Of a DNA stretch of 64,000 bases, positions 63,250 to 64,000 are shown one piece after another. The stretch comes from Opitutales bacterium (GTDB lineage Bacteria > Verrucomicrobiota > Verrucomicrobiia > Opitutales > UBA2987). The notes below the pieces were generated by a model. The model ran no database searches. It had not been told where the DNA came from and was given only the letters and a program-made list of their open reading frames with translations. Positions within the stretch are counted from its first letter, which is position 1. Every line of letters starts with the position of its first letter. The position numbers and the translations under genes are program-made. The DNA lies in NCBI GenBank assembly GCA_965226885.1, contig CBDDEL010000011.1:128001-192000 (forward strand), read 5' to 3'.

Positions 63250-64000
63250 GGTAGTGTATTAAGTAGGAATGGTGGCTAATTCTTGATTATATTGATGAAT
63301 GAAAAGTCTCAGACAGGTTTCATGCATACTCTTAAGCTTGGAAAAGGAGAGGGTTTTGCGTGTGAAACGACCCAGTCGTTGGCGCAGGGTATTGTTCCAT
63401 CGTTCCACATGGGCCGTTTCACCGGTTTCTTTTCCCACGGATCGGTTATGAGGAAAGACTTCATCATAAGTGCTCCAAAAGTCGCTGTAGGTGGCACATC
63501 TTTTGTAGGCCCGTGGCAGACGCTCGTAAAGTTCCCGGCAACGATACCAATCCCGAGGCCCAATGGCATAGGAGAGGATTTGACGGGTGCGTCGGCAAAG
63601 AGCGATCCAAACCCATTGGGCATCGCTCTTGCGCCCCACAAAAGACCACAGTTCGTCCAGTTCAATGACATCATGGCGGCGGGCCGCAAGAATCGTGCTT
63701 TTGAGCGGTCGCAGCGATTGTCGTTTTTTTTAACCAACTCAAAACGGTGTTGGGACTCACCCCGAAGGCGCGCTGTAAACCGCGTAGACTGCTGCGTTCC
63801 TGATAGACTCGAAGGATCATTTCTTTTTGCTCTTCGGTGTATTTCACTGTGGGGTTTTCGCGGCTTTGTTTACCACAATCATGGCAGCGGTAGCGCTGTT
63901 TATGGTTGGGCGTCTTGCCAAATTTAATGATATTTTCACTTCCACAGTGCCGACAATTAATAATTTTAGTAACCATGCACTAAAAATAAACTGCCTAACG
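63250..64000 (-). mobile_element. IS1-family element B, copy 2 (insA 63671-63976, insB ending 63259); runs off the window
   Basis: GGTAGTGTATTAAG end at 63250; near-identical to 45029-45834 but with intact insB. Confidence 0.92.

Noticed and set aside
1..64000. tRNA, rRNA, riboswitch, retron or DGR elements
   Set aside because: No recognisable RNA-gene or reverse-transcriptase signatures were seen; a covariance-model scan would be needed to exclude small RNAs.

Overview
The window has two contrasting halves. Bases 1-23.4 kb are intact housekeeping DNA. They hold the 3' end of fusA, the S10-spc-alpha ribosomal superoperon through rplQ, hisDCBH and citrate synthase. The superoperon has no tuf, rpmD, adk, infA or rpmJ in place. 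That gene order, the Ser/Thr kinase and the PilX-like gene suggest a PVC bacterium, probably Verrucomicrobiota/Opitutae (inference). Two core proteins are unusual: uS11 (rpsK) is 400 aa because of six tandem 37-aa Lys/Glu/Ala/Pro repeats, and SecY has an extra hydrophobic C-terminal helix. Bases 23.4-64 kb are heavily eroded. About 14 IS elements or remnants (IS21 x2, IS5-like, IS1380 x2, IS1 x3, IS3 x5 and an ISL3-derived MITE) fill roughly half of 26.7-64 kb. Many genes there are broken: GNAT, DUF1800, Sel1, gluconolactonase, a helicase, PilX-like, Gfo/Idh/MocA and an NtrC-like regulator. The strongest structural find is a 5567-bp segment (35514-41080) bounded by a CTATA direct repeat. It consists of one IS1380-family element plus downstream cargo, including an intact TonB-dependent receptor, inserted into an IS5-like element. 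This matches ISEcp1-type one-ended gene capture. An IS3 element has also inserted into the terminal repeat of its own twin, inside the pilX-like gene.
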